A program made the translations under genes and the position numbers. The notes beneath the pieces are model-generated. The model was given only the letters and a program-made list of their open reading frames with translations, did no database searches and was not told where the DNA came from. A DNA stretch of 64,000 nucleotides, from positions 949,961 to 1,013,960 of the forward strand of contig NMRA01000071.1 in the NCBI GenBank assembly GCA_002633005.1. Reading direction: 5' to 3'. Within the stretch, counting starts at the first letter, position 1; each line of letters starts with the position of its first letter. This DNA is from Phoronis australis (taxonomy: Eukaryota; Animalia; Phoronida). Below are positions 24,401-37,235 of the stretch, piece after piece.

Positions 24401-27400
24401 TGTCCCTGCTAGAATAAACTCTCTTCAAACCATGCACTCGGTATTGGGAGAGAGTCACTCCCACCACCTCCGTAAGTTATGCCCCTGCTAGAAAAACATC
24501 CCGTCAAACCATGTATCATGTGTTTAGAGGAAGTTACACCTTAGCACCTCCATTATCGATGTCCATTCTATATGGAACGCCGTTCAAACCATGTACAGGG
24601 TGCTGGCAGGAGGTCAGATACGGACCCTGCTTAACGATGTCCCTGCTAGAAGGAACTTCCTTCAAAACATGCTCAATGTGCTGGCCACTGTTTGAAATCA
24701 CTTCCTATAGTGGCCAGCACATTGTACATGGTTTGAAAAGCAGCTTTAGAAGATTGTTGAATGTGGATAGGGATCTTCTCACTGTTCATGCATCATATTA
24801 ACCAATGATTTGTTTTGTTGAAATACTACAGTACCTGCAATCTGATCCGTGTCCAGTGTTTGTGTCAGCGTACGTTTCAGGGTCCATGAGTGCAATAGGC
24901 TTGGGCAACGTCTACGGCGCGTCATCGTCAACAGCTGAGAGAATGTTTTACGCTGCTTTCACAACGCCGCGGTAAATCATTGTTTCAATCGCTTGGCATT
25001 ATTTTAGAACAATCGTGGTAAATGTGTTGCCAGGGAACTGCCTATTTATAATCGTATCACCTTGTTGTGAGTTCCGTCACTACAATCTTCAAAACTCGAG
25101 AAGAGGATCTTGTAACTATTCATTTTGATCGGTTTTAAGGTACATGTAAATTATAATTGTGTTCCGTGGTAGTCACAAGTGCTCAACTGCAATAACGATA
25201 CGACCTTCGATTTTTTTAATAGCGTGACACTTTAAGTCTTCAATCTTGGATAGTCATTCCTGACAAGACAGATCTTGTTCGGCGAAGTTTTTAAACTTGT
25301 AATTCAATACCGAAGGAGACCGGAGAAACTCGCCTCCTATTTAACAAGCTTAGCCTGTCTTACACATCAATGAGATTTTCTAGGTATGCTATTCCCGAGA
25401 AATGATACTCAATTTTCCGAATTCATAAGCCATGTCCCGAAGCCCAATTTTGCGAGCCAAGGAAACCTGAAGGTGTAGTACCTGGAGGTTGAATTCACTA
25501 ACGCAGGGACAACGCTAGAAAATATAGATCTCGCGAGATTATAAGAGATATTGTCATGCATCTCCAATGATAGCACGTGATTTTGGCTAGATTTTTCTCA
25601 CCGCAAAAAGGTAATGAACTCTAAACAGGTACTGCATTCGAGAGGTATAGCTCGGCGTCGGCAGTGTAATATACGAATTGTCTTGCATTTTATGTGTATG
25701 CTCATAAAATTACACCCGAGTCCGAAATCCCACGCGTATTGCAATGTTGTCGAAAAACTCGAAATTCTGATGCTGATGGGGTAGGCAAGGGTGTCTGAAA
25801 GATACATCTAAGGACTAAAGCAAACCCAGACCAACAAATTCATATTTCTTTGGAAAGAAATTTGAGAATGTTGTTCTTTTTGTAGCAATGCCATCCAAAT
25901 GTCTGCTGTCTGCGCGTACAAGTGGCAAGATGTCCTTGATGCGTTTGATGGTCGATTTAAAGAACAAAAAATTCCCCACGGCGTGTGGTTGCCCGTTTCT
26001 TACAACAAAATGACACATGCTCGTCATCCTACGAAGGTGAGAACCGAATGCTCCCTTTTCCGGTGTGTAAGAACATTGTTGGCTATTGTATGGCCGTACA
26101 TGTATGCTTCGATATAGTCTGCTTTCCTCATGTTTCTGCACGGTTCGGAAAAAAACGCGGATCAGTCAGAAACAATGACAATAACACCGTTCTAATGGTG
26201 AACCACTTGGGAAACGTAGTCCAATATTGTGCTCTCAAATTGCACTGATGAGTCAAATGCAACAAAAGGTTGAGTGTGTGCCTATGATCGTGTTTCACTC
26301 CGCTACTCCCAGTTCACGAACACACTATTTTTGTCGTCCGTTGATTGGGTGGAACAGTCGAAATTAATACGATGTGTTCATATAAAATTTATTTCCCGTC
26401 GTTAGGTAATAACTTGTGAAACACATTTAATCTGAGATAAATGAATAGATTCAAAAGCACACAACTATTATCCACGATTAGTCGAAAGATTTTTAGAACC
26501 GCATAAGAATTCAGAATCATATGTAACCCAGGCTTCCCATGTGTCTGTTTTGCGAGTAGGTTATATATGACTGCAGTGTAAGTTAAATCCTGCTGATCAG
26601 TCGCTTTTGAAGGATGTGAGATTTTGGTTACATCAACGATATCCTTCCACACCGGTAACCTGACAAACGCTATATCGACATAAGAGTGACCGAGTTATGT
26701 TAAATGTTTTCTTGAGTTTAATGTTGAACAGCTGCATACGAATCAGGTAATTCATTTTTGCAGTAAATTCCCGAGAAACTTCATTCAAGCCACCGCCTCA
26801 CGCTAAGTCTTACGCTAAGTGAACGCTTACTTTTTTGACAGCATAGACCGGTTGTTGTAAAGTCGCAATTCGTCCAACTTGTGGATCGATAACACAGAAC
26901 AGTCTATGTCTAACGCCGATTAAATGGATGCATTCTTCTTGCCAGTGTGTAGATAAAACAAAACTGTTGTCGCTTCACGCACAACAGTTCAACAAAGAAC
27001 ATCCCATAATGGACGAGCCAGTGCCGCCTTACGCTTGCGGATCTATCTTCGTGGGCACAAGCCTAAACAGGACTTTCACTCATATTGTCATCGACTTCCG
27101 AGTCGAAGCAGCCGACGGAAAGTTTTACGACGTTCTTTTCATTGGGATGAGTAAGTGTTTTTTGGAAAAATTCCTCCAAATTTCGTAAAATCTTTTTTCC
27201 TACATTTCTTCTACCCGAAATGAGACTTATACTACAATACTATTAAGCAAGAGTGATTGTTAGATTTTTATCCCACGCGTGTTGAGTCTGTTGAGGGAAA
27301 TATATAATATAATAAAATTTTCCGTATTCACTTCACGCACTAATTCTACAGCGACCTCTGACATGGAAAGTTCAAAAGTTAGGTCAATGTTGACTCTACG

Positions 27401-28956
27401 TCTTCAGCCGGTTCGATCATCAAACTTTCCGAATATAGTTTAAAGTAATACAGTTGCAACAGTGTGACTAACACTCCACATGCAACAAGGACCTAAACGT
27501 AAAATCTGGAACAAAACTGTTAATTATAAGACACTTTCTCTCAGTTTTCAATTGCTGAATATTATATCAACTGCAACTCAGGCGCCGATTCCTAGGAAAT
27601 TAAAATATCAAAACTTGTTGTTTTTTAACTATTTCCAGGAGATTTTACAAGTTCAGTTCACTGCTCAATTGTCGTTGTTTTCATCTTTGCTACCTCTTTT
27701 CAAGAAACAAATCTTTACTTTTAAAACTGTTTCTTTTTCAAGAGAAAACTTGCAAAATAACGCGCAAGTACATACATATAGGATGTGATCCGCCATGTGA
27801 ACAGTCTGGGTGAAGTTTTTGAAAAATCTGCCGAAAAATGTAAGAAACTTTTTTTGACCTTATTCCGCGTATCGACCTCGACCTTCGGTCTCGCTCAAGA
27901 CGCGGAATAACGTCTCGTGTGATATTATTTCATGTACGCCTCTCTCGGAACGTTTTGTGTATGTACAGGTACTTCCCTTTGACCATGACAAAGATCAAAG
28001 CGTTGTTTTTCTAACCTCAAACCATTGCGCGTTAGACACCCAGTACGTTCAAATGATAATGAAAATTAAAAACAAATAATTTAAGTTGCTATCGTTTTAG
28101 TATTTGGGCTTCCAATTAGAAATAAACTTTAAATGCAGCAACAATATTTGCGCATCAGAAACAGTCAAGTAAGGACATGTTGCAAATTACATTTTTGTAT
28201 TATGTGGTACAGCGATTTCAGTATATCTTTATACCGCGTCTAGTGAGACAAATACTAACTGCATCATTTCAGCTTGTAAGACACTGGCAGTTTTGGTGTG
28301 CGTTTTAATCTCCACACGTGTGTTTCAGTGAGACAACTTTCAGGAAAAAAGGTGAAACTGAATGTATAAGCCGTCGTAATTGTCTCTAAAATCTCTTTGA
28401 GTTACTTGTTAATATATGCCCAAAATAGACTCGGTGATTGGCTTTGACATTTTGCTGTTGATATGAAGCAATTGCAGAGGGTCTGGTCTTCCACCCCTCA
28501 CACAATAAACCGTAGACAAGTTTTATAAATTATTCATTTTAAACGTTTTTACCTGATTATGCTTAAGCGGCGTTCATGCCAATTTTTGTTTTCGTTCAGG
28601 TGACGGCACGGTTCGCAAAGCCTACAACAGAGGTCACGGAGGTGATATAGATACCGTTATTGTCGAGGACATCCCAGCATTTAGAGACGGACTCCCCATA
28701 GAAAATATGAAGCTCCATAAAAAGAACGGTCGCGTGAGCATAATAGTTGCGTCAAAGAAGCAAATCAAGAAGTTCTCCGCCTCTGATTGTTGTGCGCACT
28801 CATCCTGCACTAAGTGTGTTGGGTCTAAGGACGTCTACTGCTCCTGGAACCGAAGCCGCAAAAAGTGTGAGAAGTCTACCAAAGGACTCCAGAGTCTTGT
28901 CACTGGACATCATCGTCTGTGCACACCTTACATGACGACTACAGACAACGGAACAG
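15396..28956 (+). CDS. Semaphorin-1A-like protein, paralog A (Sema domain + PSI), multi-exon; 3' end unresolved
   Basis: Phase-compatible exons with AG acceptors and GT/GC donors: 15396-15468 (MMKLTLQRVVWRILIEAILYQQMA, putative signal exon), 18270-18372 (..LIDGDTVVVGAR), 18545-18590 (NAIYQLHVENLRKKA), 19400-19567 (CQNHIRVLL..CGTNAMEPEC), 19937-20129 (GLGLCPMTPDQNSTAVY..LRTE), 22261-22349 (PDFITSFEDGDKVYFVFRELAVEYRNCGK), 22771-22912 (YSRISRLCKTDTGG..FFKARLTC..FPFYFDEV), 24881-24971 (MFYAAFTTP), 25886-26036 (SAVCAY..FDGRFKEQ..WLPV), 26946-27150 (CVDKT..HPIMDEPVP..YDVLFIG), 28600-28956 (DGTVRK..PSI: CCAHSSCTKCVGSKDVYCSW..C). The motifs match class 1/5/6 semaphorins, closest in my recollection to Sema-1a. 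Confidence 0.92.
17238..17880. repeat. Interspersed repeat, copy in paralog A intron 1
   Basis: Colinear with about 27318-27915 (cctctgac.t.gaaagttcaaaag.ta.gtcaat...catacatataggatgtgatc). Confidence 0.75.
18680..18836. repeat. About 41-46-bp minisatellite
   Basis: gataacacgcaNatttgtgtggacatcctgtgaatatat, 3-4 copies. Confidence 0.85.
20190..20390. mobile_element. About 200-bp MITE-like element with TA ends, terminal inverted repeats and an internal tRNA-like core
   Basis: TA|CACCACCTtTGG ... CCAcAGGTGGTG|TA. Inner inverted repeat ctaccccaacc (20251) / ggttggggtag (20320). The minus strand carries the T-arm cctgggttcgaatccagg. Confidence 0.6.
23445..24740. repeat. About 79-bp satellite array with internal hairpins, in a paralog A intron; block duplicated across N at 23917
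   Basis: Unit tatgtccctgctagaaagaactcccttcaaac...gtgctgggaggaggtcacacccagcacctccataagt. The block 23367-23916 re-starts at 23918. Confidence 0.9.
27250..27930. repeat. Interspersed repeat, copy in a later paralog A intron, ending in a hairpin
   Basis: Homologous to 17238-17880. Terminal stem ttattccgcgt...gaccttcggtc...acgcggaataa at about 27860-27910. Confidence 0.75.
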
Positions 28957-29197
28957 GTGAGCCTTTGTTTGAAAAAAAACGTAAACGCAAAACTTTGGCC
29001 TTTTGGATAGTCCTAGATAAGTAGAGAATGTTTTCAAATAGCCAATTTCTACATGTCGTGGTGTTGCGCAGTTTTGCTCACGAAAGCACGAAAAATCGGT
29101 CGAGTGATTTACATATCTTGTCTTCTGGTTGAACACCTAGTAGAATTCTAAATAACACATCTAGGATGTTGTTGTGTCGCCGTGTTACAAACACGGA

Positions 29198-29349
29198 CTA
29201 CATGTTATCGCAGTCGCGGTGCTGCATATACATGTTATCGCAGTCACGGTGCTACATATACATGTTATCGCAGTCATGGTGCTACATATACATGTTATCG
29301 CAGTCACGGTGCTACATATACATGTTATCGCAGTCACGGTGCTACATAT
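29198..29349. repeat. 30-bp minisatellite, 5 copies
   Basis: Unit tacatgttatcgcagtcacggtgctacata. Confidence 0.95.
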
Positions 29350-30272
29350 TTGTCTGCAATCCATCATTCCTGGTAGTAAACCCCAGGATAGGTATTCCTA
29401 AATGTCACTTTTCAATTGCCGGTGCAGCACTGAAAAGTGGAGCCTATAGTCCGCCCCCCTTCCCCCTGTGGTGCATGGCCCATAGACCATGGGAGGTACA
29501 GCACTAAAAAGTGGGAAAGCTATAGCCCCCAGCGCCCAATTGTGCGCCTCCCATGGTTTCACTTTGATGGTATCCCAAATTCAGATCCAGCGTATGCTAA
29601 ACGTGCACTCGGTAACAACAGACATGTGAATCGGAAATGTGCGATTTTCATCGATTTTCATGTATAGTGATCACCGACATGTTCATTTAAAAGATTTCAA
29701 ATCACCACTTTTCGTTCAGTTTATTTACCGGATAAGTCGATGACGTGCTGAAATGTACTGCACGCGTGTGCTATTAATCGCGGAGCAATGACTTTTGTGT
29801 GTACGTGTATCCAAAACTCAGCACATAAACAGAACTGAAAGTCCATCGGAGGGCTTTTCACCGCGTGATGAAATGGATATAAACCAAGAGAATGGGAGGG
29901 CATTTCTTGTTTAGTGTGTCAGTGCTAACCAAAAAAAAAAAAAAATCCCCTGACACGTTTCGAAAACCGAAAACTGTGTTACCGGTTTTATTTACCCTAT
30001 TTTCAAGTTCCTCAAACAAAACGATTCAAATCGCCTGCCATCCTCTTCGCTTTTTGACCGAATAGCGTCATGTAGTGACACGAAAGCTAGTCAATGAGTC
30101 CAGTGAATTCTTAAGTTCACAAGATCACCGGTAGAATATAAATTTCGAATGCCGTGTGACAAGCGAAATGTAGAGTCTTCGAGTGAATTTCGAAGGGGTT
30201 GATTTTTACAGAGATATAATCGCCGTATTTTTGCAATAATTATGTTGTGGGTACCTACGACAAAACTTGACN

Positions 30273-30466
30273 CTGAGCTTGTATGGTGGGTACCTGCAAT
30301 GTCTGTGAGTATGCCTGAGCTTGTATGGTGGGTACCTGCAATGTCTGTGAGTATGCCTGAGCTTGTATGTTGGGTACCTGCAATGTCTGTGAGTATGCCT
30401 GAGTTTGTATGGTGGGTACCTGCAATGTCTGTGAGTATGCCTGAGCTTGTATGGTGGGTACCTGCG
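30273..30466. repeat. 42-bp minisatellite, about 4.6 copies, adjacent to an N join
   Basis: Unit cctgagcttgtatggtgggtacctgcaatgtctgtgagtatg. Confidence 0.95.
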
Positions 30467-31711
30467 ACATGGCATGAGTTGGAATTGTCATCAGACCTAA
30501 GCTGATATCTCCACATTGCAGTCTTTAAAAACTTGAGTGAGGTCGATATTCTACAGTGTACATCCGGGTTATTTTGGCGGTAGATTGTAATTAAATCTCT
30601 TTGAAAAGAAGGATTAAGTACGATTGTAGTTGTGACACCTCGTAAGAAATTTCACTTAGTAAAAGTTTTGCAATAATTGGAAGTCTGATTTGTAATCCCA
30701 GCTAATAGGCCAATGAGGTTCTTCATAGGATGAACATGAGTTGTTCTACAGAAAGCGTAGTTTGTTTCACCAGCAGTAATGTGTCACTGTACAGCGTACT
30801 GGCAAGCAGCCAGTAAAGCGTGCCATTACCAAACATTCACAACGTGTGTGTGTCCACTGATTTTGGGCAAAATATGAGGACACTGCTAATCGCTGTTGTC
30901 CCTTGTTTGATTCTGGTCAATAGATGTCATGCAAGAGTTCGTAAAAGAGTCAAAATTCATCCCCTCGGCGGCACCTCGTCTACCAACCAGCACCATAGCG
31001 ACTATCCTGACTGCTTTCAACCTTTGGCTGGTATGATCTTAGATGCAGACCTGTGGAAGTTGTTTGCCAACAAGAATATTGATTGACACCGTACGTAGAC
31101 GATAATGTTCGTCGATGGTCTTTGTACCGCATGGGTAAATTGAGTCGTAAACGAAACGGGGCTTTTTTGCATTAAGTGGCGAATATATTTCCTTTAAGAA
31201 GCTACCTGGTCTGGACCTACTAACAGACAATAAGATAGACTTTCACATCGATTTTGTGATACACAGTAATGTTCTGTGAACAGCGATACCCTTCAAGACT
31301 TTGGCCAATTCTGCGAAACAGGATAGCATGCCCCGAACATTATGTAGGCTACACGAGAATAAATTGGAAAGACGTACCAAAAACAAACTTCTAAAATTTT
31401 TACTTGAACATATATGATTGTGGAGCAGTACGAAGATGTTAACTGTTGTTACTGTCACTTTAGCTGTAAGCGCATTCACACATTCTCAACGTTTTGCATC
31501 AAGACAACCATATGGTGGCAGGATTCAAAGGTTTTACTATGCAAAGTGTGAACTTTTACTTTTGCTTTAGTGTGAACTCAAGTTGATTATTCTGTGGTCA
31601 ATTATATCACTTTTTACGTGGTTGACTGTGTAAATCTACAGTATTTTAAACATTTTACCTTAGAAATAGAGTCATGTATTGTCAACCACTATAGTACAAA
31701 CATGACTTGTT

Positions 31712-32145
31712 GACTAAAGTCACAATTGTGACCGCAGTACTAAAGTCACAGTTGTGACTGCAGTACTGAAGTCACAATTGTAACCGCAGTACTAAAATCA
31801 CAATTGTGACCGCTGTACTAAAATAATTACAATTATGACCGCCGTACTAAAATCGCAGTTGTGACCGCAGTACTAAAGTCACAATTGTAACCGCAGTACT
31901 AAAATCACAATTGTGACCGCAGTACTTAAATCACAGTTGTGACCGCAGCACTAAAGTCACAGTTGTGACCACAGTACTAAAATCACAGTTGTGACCACAG
32001 TACTAAAGTCACAATTGTAACCGCAGTACTAAAATCACAATTGTGACCGCAGTACTAAAATCACAAGTGTGGCCGAAGTACTAAAGTCGCAGTTGTGACC
32101 GCAGTTCTAAAGTCACAATTGTGACCGCAGTACTTAAGTCACAAC
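31712..32145. repeat. 26-bp palindromic minisatellite, about 16 copies
   Basis: Unit gtcacaattgtgaccgcagtactaaa, containing the palindromes GTCACAATTGTGAC and AGTACT. Confidence 0.95.
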
Positions 32146-33454
32146 ATCTAGTTTGAACTCGGGATTTCTCGCACTTACTAGAAAGCTTGAGCTTTACTCG
32201 AGTTTGGAACTATATTCGGGGTGGGAGTCATAAGTGCGAATTTGGACCACGTGGTTCGCGTAATCCATAATGTATCCAAACATAGAATAAGTAACAATTA
32301 AATTGATTTCGTCTTAAATGACAGCGGTGAATGCTTCATACATTTTCGATTTTGTATAAAAGGTTTAGTTTTCGGACCCCTGATGTTCACGTTTGACCTT
32401 TTTTGTTGCAGGCACCTTGGCTGTATTTCCCAGCAACTACTGTTACACGAGAACATAAGTACAAACAATATAAATAAATTGTAGATCAATGACGCCTGTA
32501 TTTAATTTTATTCCTAAAACTGCATTATGAACTACTGTAATTGTTAAATTTTTCCGGCCAACTCGGTTAAGTAGCAATTTCGGATAGCACCTACCGGCGG
32601 TTATACACATCTATATCGACTGTCGCTCACAGATTTTCCTGAAACTTTATGCGGGCTTGCACTACCCCTACAGTAAGTAACATTTAATTTTCGGACACAA
32701 GCCTTCATGCTGATCTCTCAATTTTTTTTGTATTTGTTTCAGTATAAAGCTGTGAGATTTGCAAGCCTATCGAGAGATTTTAAAAATTTACATGTAGGAA
32801 TAACTAGGGTTTTGTTTTCTGTAAACCCTGCTTTCAGAGCCAGAAACATTTTCAACCAAAGAGCAAACAAAAGAACATGCGTGAATATGAAACCAGTGTA
32901 ATTGGGTGGTATTGGGCTATTTAGTACACGCATCAAGACAAACGTTGCTTTGTGGTTAACGTGTGCTTTTAATAAGTAAGCCTTGCACAATTTGGCTACT
33001 AGGTTACTGCGATTACACAGCAGTTTTGTGAAAAGATGCACTCTAAAACATCACTATGTGTGTACGTTAAGTGGATTTGAATTTTTTATTTAAAGGGTTT
33101 AGAGACTGTGGGAAGCCCAAGGAGGGTTTTTGGGGGGAGGGGGCAGGATGTGGTTTTGTCTCCTCCCCTTCTGTTCACTTTAGCGATTTTCTACATAGTC
33201 TGGTGACATCATTCACTTCATGTTTGTAATGAAAGGGCAGTGGAATGAAAGGTGAGGGACAAGAGTGCAAGTAGTAATGATAGTAAAGGTTCCAGGGTGA
33301 GGGGGAGGGGGGCCACTTTTGTGCCACAAATAATTACAAAGGGCGACTATATTCATACAGCGAGGGCTGCGTGTATAACAAAAGCAACTCAAAGCGTTGA
33401 AATTCGCCTACAAATGCACCACATGCAGTGTGCTTCAAGGGGTGTTTATTTCTA

Positions 33455-34707
33455 TCAAAAAATGGCCACTAAGTTACACAGAACATGACAAATCAATCCG
33501 AAAACGGGGGCATGTCATCGTTTATTAAGAGAAAATTACTAAACTTTAAAAGGACTTCGACGAACTTCAGAGAAACAAAGGAAAACGGAATATAAAGGAA
33601 TTGCCACAAGGATGTTCAACGTTCCTTGACTGCGTCTGAAAGTCCTCGTTTTCAGATGTCCACTCTATATAGATACACTTGCTAAATTTAACTACGTGTA
33701 ATAAAGAGACTGCATTGGTTTAGGCGATAGAGCCATGAGCGCAAAAAAACAAAACTACCACTAGAAGGTGCCACAGTAATCGAAGTCGTCAGAAAATCAA
33801 TGCACCCGCTCTCTTGACACGAAGAACATACATGCGAATTTTCACAATCATCCTTACAGTGGTTTGGATGACAGAAAGGCGGGCGAAAAACAGTCTATAA
33901 AACAGTAAAGATGGCCACCAAATGCCGCAAAACACATTTAATCCATCTGAAAACGGGATCCTACCATCGCTTTTTAGTAGAAAGTTACTTATTAAAATTT
34001 ATGAAAAAACCCGTAAAGGAACTTTAGAGAAACAGATGAAATCAGAAAAATGAATTAGCCAGAGGGTTTTGTCGAATCCGTCTGAAAATCGTCGTCGTCG
34101 GCTTTCAGCTCCATATAATAGATTTGCTAATCAAATAAAGATCCTGCATTGAGTTAAGGAGATACAGCTGTGTGCGCAATACGAACAGAACTGCCATTAG
34201 TAGGCGCAGTAAAAATGACACTATGTGGCGCAAAATACCTCAAATCAATTCGAAAATCGGGTGGGACAGCGTCATCTCACCAATTTATGCTGATGTGCCA
34301 ATTTTCATGGAAATCTGTTGAGAACATTTGAAGATACAGAAGTAAACAAAAGAAACTGAAATTGCCAGAAATTAGGGGCACAATGGTAGTCCGATCGTGC
34401 AAAGCGTTAAGGAGATAGCAGCAAAGGCGCAAAAACAAACCAAAACGCCACAAAGAGGCGCCAAACTGGTCAAAGTCGTCGGAAAATCATCGTCACCCTA
34501 ATTAAAACCTATGTGTCAATTTTCATAAGCACCCTTAAGGTAGTTTGGCTCATAGAGGGGAAGACGTGCAAAAACAGACTCGGAAAGTGCACAAAATACA
34601 TCAAATCCACCTGAATATCCGGTAAGGACCTAAAATACAGAGGAAAGCGCAAAACTGAAATTGACGGAAGGGGGCACACCGGCATTCGGTTTGAAAATCG
34701 TCGTCAT
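33455..34707. repeat. Diverged long-period (about 350-450 bp) tandem repeat running into the assembly gap
   Basis: atggccac..aaatc.atc.gaaaacggg recurs near 33460, 33910, 34240 and 34600. ttaaggagata.agc recurs near 33720, 34155 and 34408. Confidence 0.6.
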
Positions 34708-34848
34708 NNNNNNNNNNNNNNNNNNNNNNNNNNNNNNNNNNNNNNNNNNNNNNNNNNNNNNNNNNNNNNNNNNNNNNNNNNNNNNNNNNNNNNNNNNNNN
34801 NNNNNNNNNNNNNNNNNNNNNNNNNNNNNNNNNNNNNNNNNNNNNNNN
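34708..34848. other. Assembly gap (N run)
   Basis: Run of N. Single-N joins also occur at 23917, 30272, 42102 and 45526. Confidence 0.99.
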
Positions 34849-36699
34849 GGGGGGGGGGGGGCACTGGGTTTAACGACGGTGCGTTTTAGTGTAAAGAACT
34901 TTTGGCAATATCCGCTTGATCAGCCACATAGAAAGAATTTTGACTGCATCAGGCATTTTGTGCCAGTTTTGATTGGTTTTCTGTATTAGTGTGCACTTTA
35001 AAACTGCTTCTGTTTGACAATTCCCATAGACAGACGTGTAAGTAGAATGTGCCCTTGTATAAAACGTCCTTCTTCCGATTATTTGAACATGGGCATCCAG
35101 GTAATGACCCCGACCGCTGCATTCAAACATTTGCAGGTACACTGTAAATTCAATTATCTTGGTCTTTCTCAAACATGCATAATTGCCATTTTTGGGAAAT
35201 TGTAAATCGTGATCTCCGCATTGCAAGAAGATTAAATTGGTTGTTTATATCTCTGAACGTTGTGCAATTACACATGTAAAACATGATGTTGAATAATTTT
35301 TAGACCTGTATTTTTCAATATTTAGAAGCCTTAGATTTAAAAAAAGCTTCTCGACCTGAGCTCTTAAAATCTCATATAAATGGTCTTAATACATGTATGA
35401 CTTATCGTCGAATAAAGTTTCTGGAAGTGGTCACTGTTTGTAAAAGTTTGAGTCTCATACAGCAATAAAAACTTACAAAAATTAGCGACGTTGCGTCCTC
35501 ATCTCACGGACTTCAGCTTGGCTTGTGACGTTATCGTTATTTGGTCACTCTTGAAGTTGTGAAGTTAAAAATGGAGCGTGGACACATATCTGGAACATGT
35601 ACCTTGAAATGCCGTCTCGATCGTGGAAATGCTTCAAACGCCAGAGCTCAATATTCAAGAGTAAATCGCTAAACAATGGCCGCATTAGAAGGGGAAGGGG
35701 GACAGTGTGCTCCATGTGCCACTACACATTGCTACATGTACACATGACACATAATTTTGACCGTTGTGACGACAGAATGCAACAAAATGTACTATGAACG
35801 CCGACATATAACGTCGCTTGGGGAACAATGACGGGGTTCCGTAAACATTGAATATTCGAGGTCGCGTCTGGTGTGAGTTGCAATTTTAGATGTGGAAGGA
35901 AAACTGCCTGCTCTCTGACAGCAAAGTGACGCCTACATGTAGCTCTTCTGGAAATTTCAAAGAAAAAAAAACAGCTTCAATGCGCTGCGCGATATCCTGC
36001 TATTGAACGACGTGATCGCGGAAAATACTCTCATTTTAGGCGAGTGTTGCTCAGCTGTATCCTCAACAAAACTAACAAGCAAGGTAAATCCTTCATTTGT
36101 GACGAATCGCTCGCGGAAAGCGCTTCGAAGAGCTTTTCTGATTAAGCAAGAAAGAGTTGCGTAACTATCGTGTATGACATGTGGTGACATTAAGTCAGTG
36201 ATGCGTTCGCATCCCACGTGCATTGTGCTGTTTTTACAAAAGACAATTTATTACACAGTGAAGCAATAGGTAAGTTTAACGTTAGATTTTTGACTTATAT
36301 GCATGATGAACGGCGCAGTCTTTTCGGATAAAACAGAGGAAAGATTATGAAAGTCACTTATTTTATAATTCTCTTCTGCTGTGCATGTCAGATTCGTGAC
36401 GTTGATGGCAGACGACTTTAAATTTGAACTCATCCGGGTTTTTCAACAGACGCACCCGAAGCAATTCAGAAAGTCTGTATTCGCATGCCCACGAAAGTTG
36501 TTTGGGTGCTGTTCACATAGTTACAATTGTATACCAATTCTGAAAATACTTGAACGGCTGTTTAGTAAAGCAGCGTTGTTTATAACCATACATTTGGAAG
36601 CCCGGGTTGCTGGGTACAAACTTAGCCCTCCTGCGAAATCTGGAAGTTGCTGATACGTGACTTGTCAGTATATAACACAAGATACATGTACACTGTACC

Positions 36700-37235
36700 A
36701 TAGCCAGCCAGCTAGCTGTATGAAGACAATCGTCAAAATTCATCTAGGTCCAACTGTGTGTCTTTCTTCCGTAGACCTCGAAATTGCCCACAGTCAGGGT
36801 AGTTCTGCTCGTCACCTCGCCGTGAAACATGTATCAACATGTAAAGCTAAAAACCGGACGGGGTGGATGCAAAATTTGGGAATCAACCGACAATCACCTT
36901 GCCCGTTACAGCCATTTAAGTGAAAAACAAAGCAATAAACGTCATTTTCTTGCTTAACTCTCCGCCTTTTCTACCAACGAAAAGTATGTCGTCGTTTTGA
37001 AACAGTATGCTCGTTTCACGCGCACGCGCCATTTCCTTTAATTTTGCGACATCTCTCGGGAGATGATGACAGCTGGGAAGGAGCAAAATTTCTTCTGAAA
37101 TTCTGTTTGATGGTATCAAAATTTTAAAAATTTATAATGAAATGAAACCAGTTCCAGTAATTTGTTCTGATGTGTAAGCAACCTCGTCAGGTGATTGAAG
37201 AATCGGCGAAAACAGAAACTGGCCAATAGGTGACG
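36700..37235. repeat. Interspersed repeat copy 2 (family of 1115-1662)
   Basis: Aligns by eye with 1115-1662, including the same spurious ORFs (MKTxVKIxLGPT..QPFK). Confidence 0.85.

Noticed and set aside
23367-24700. Apparent 550-bp segmental duplication
   Set aside because: The second copy starts exactly after a single N (23917) and is near-identical apart from unit number. It is most likely a contig-overlap or haplotype artefact.
29166-30516. Repetitive ORFs (MLSQSRCYIY, IAGTHHTSSGILTD etc.)
   Set aside because: They are open in several frames and on both strands only because the 30- and 42-bp units lack stops. No splice or homology support.
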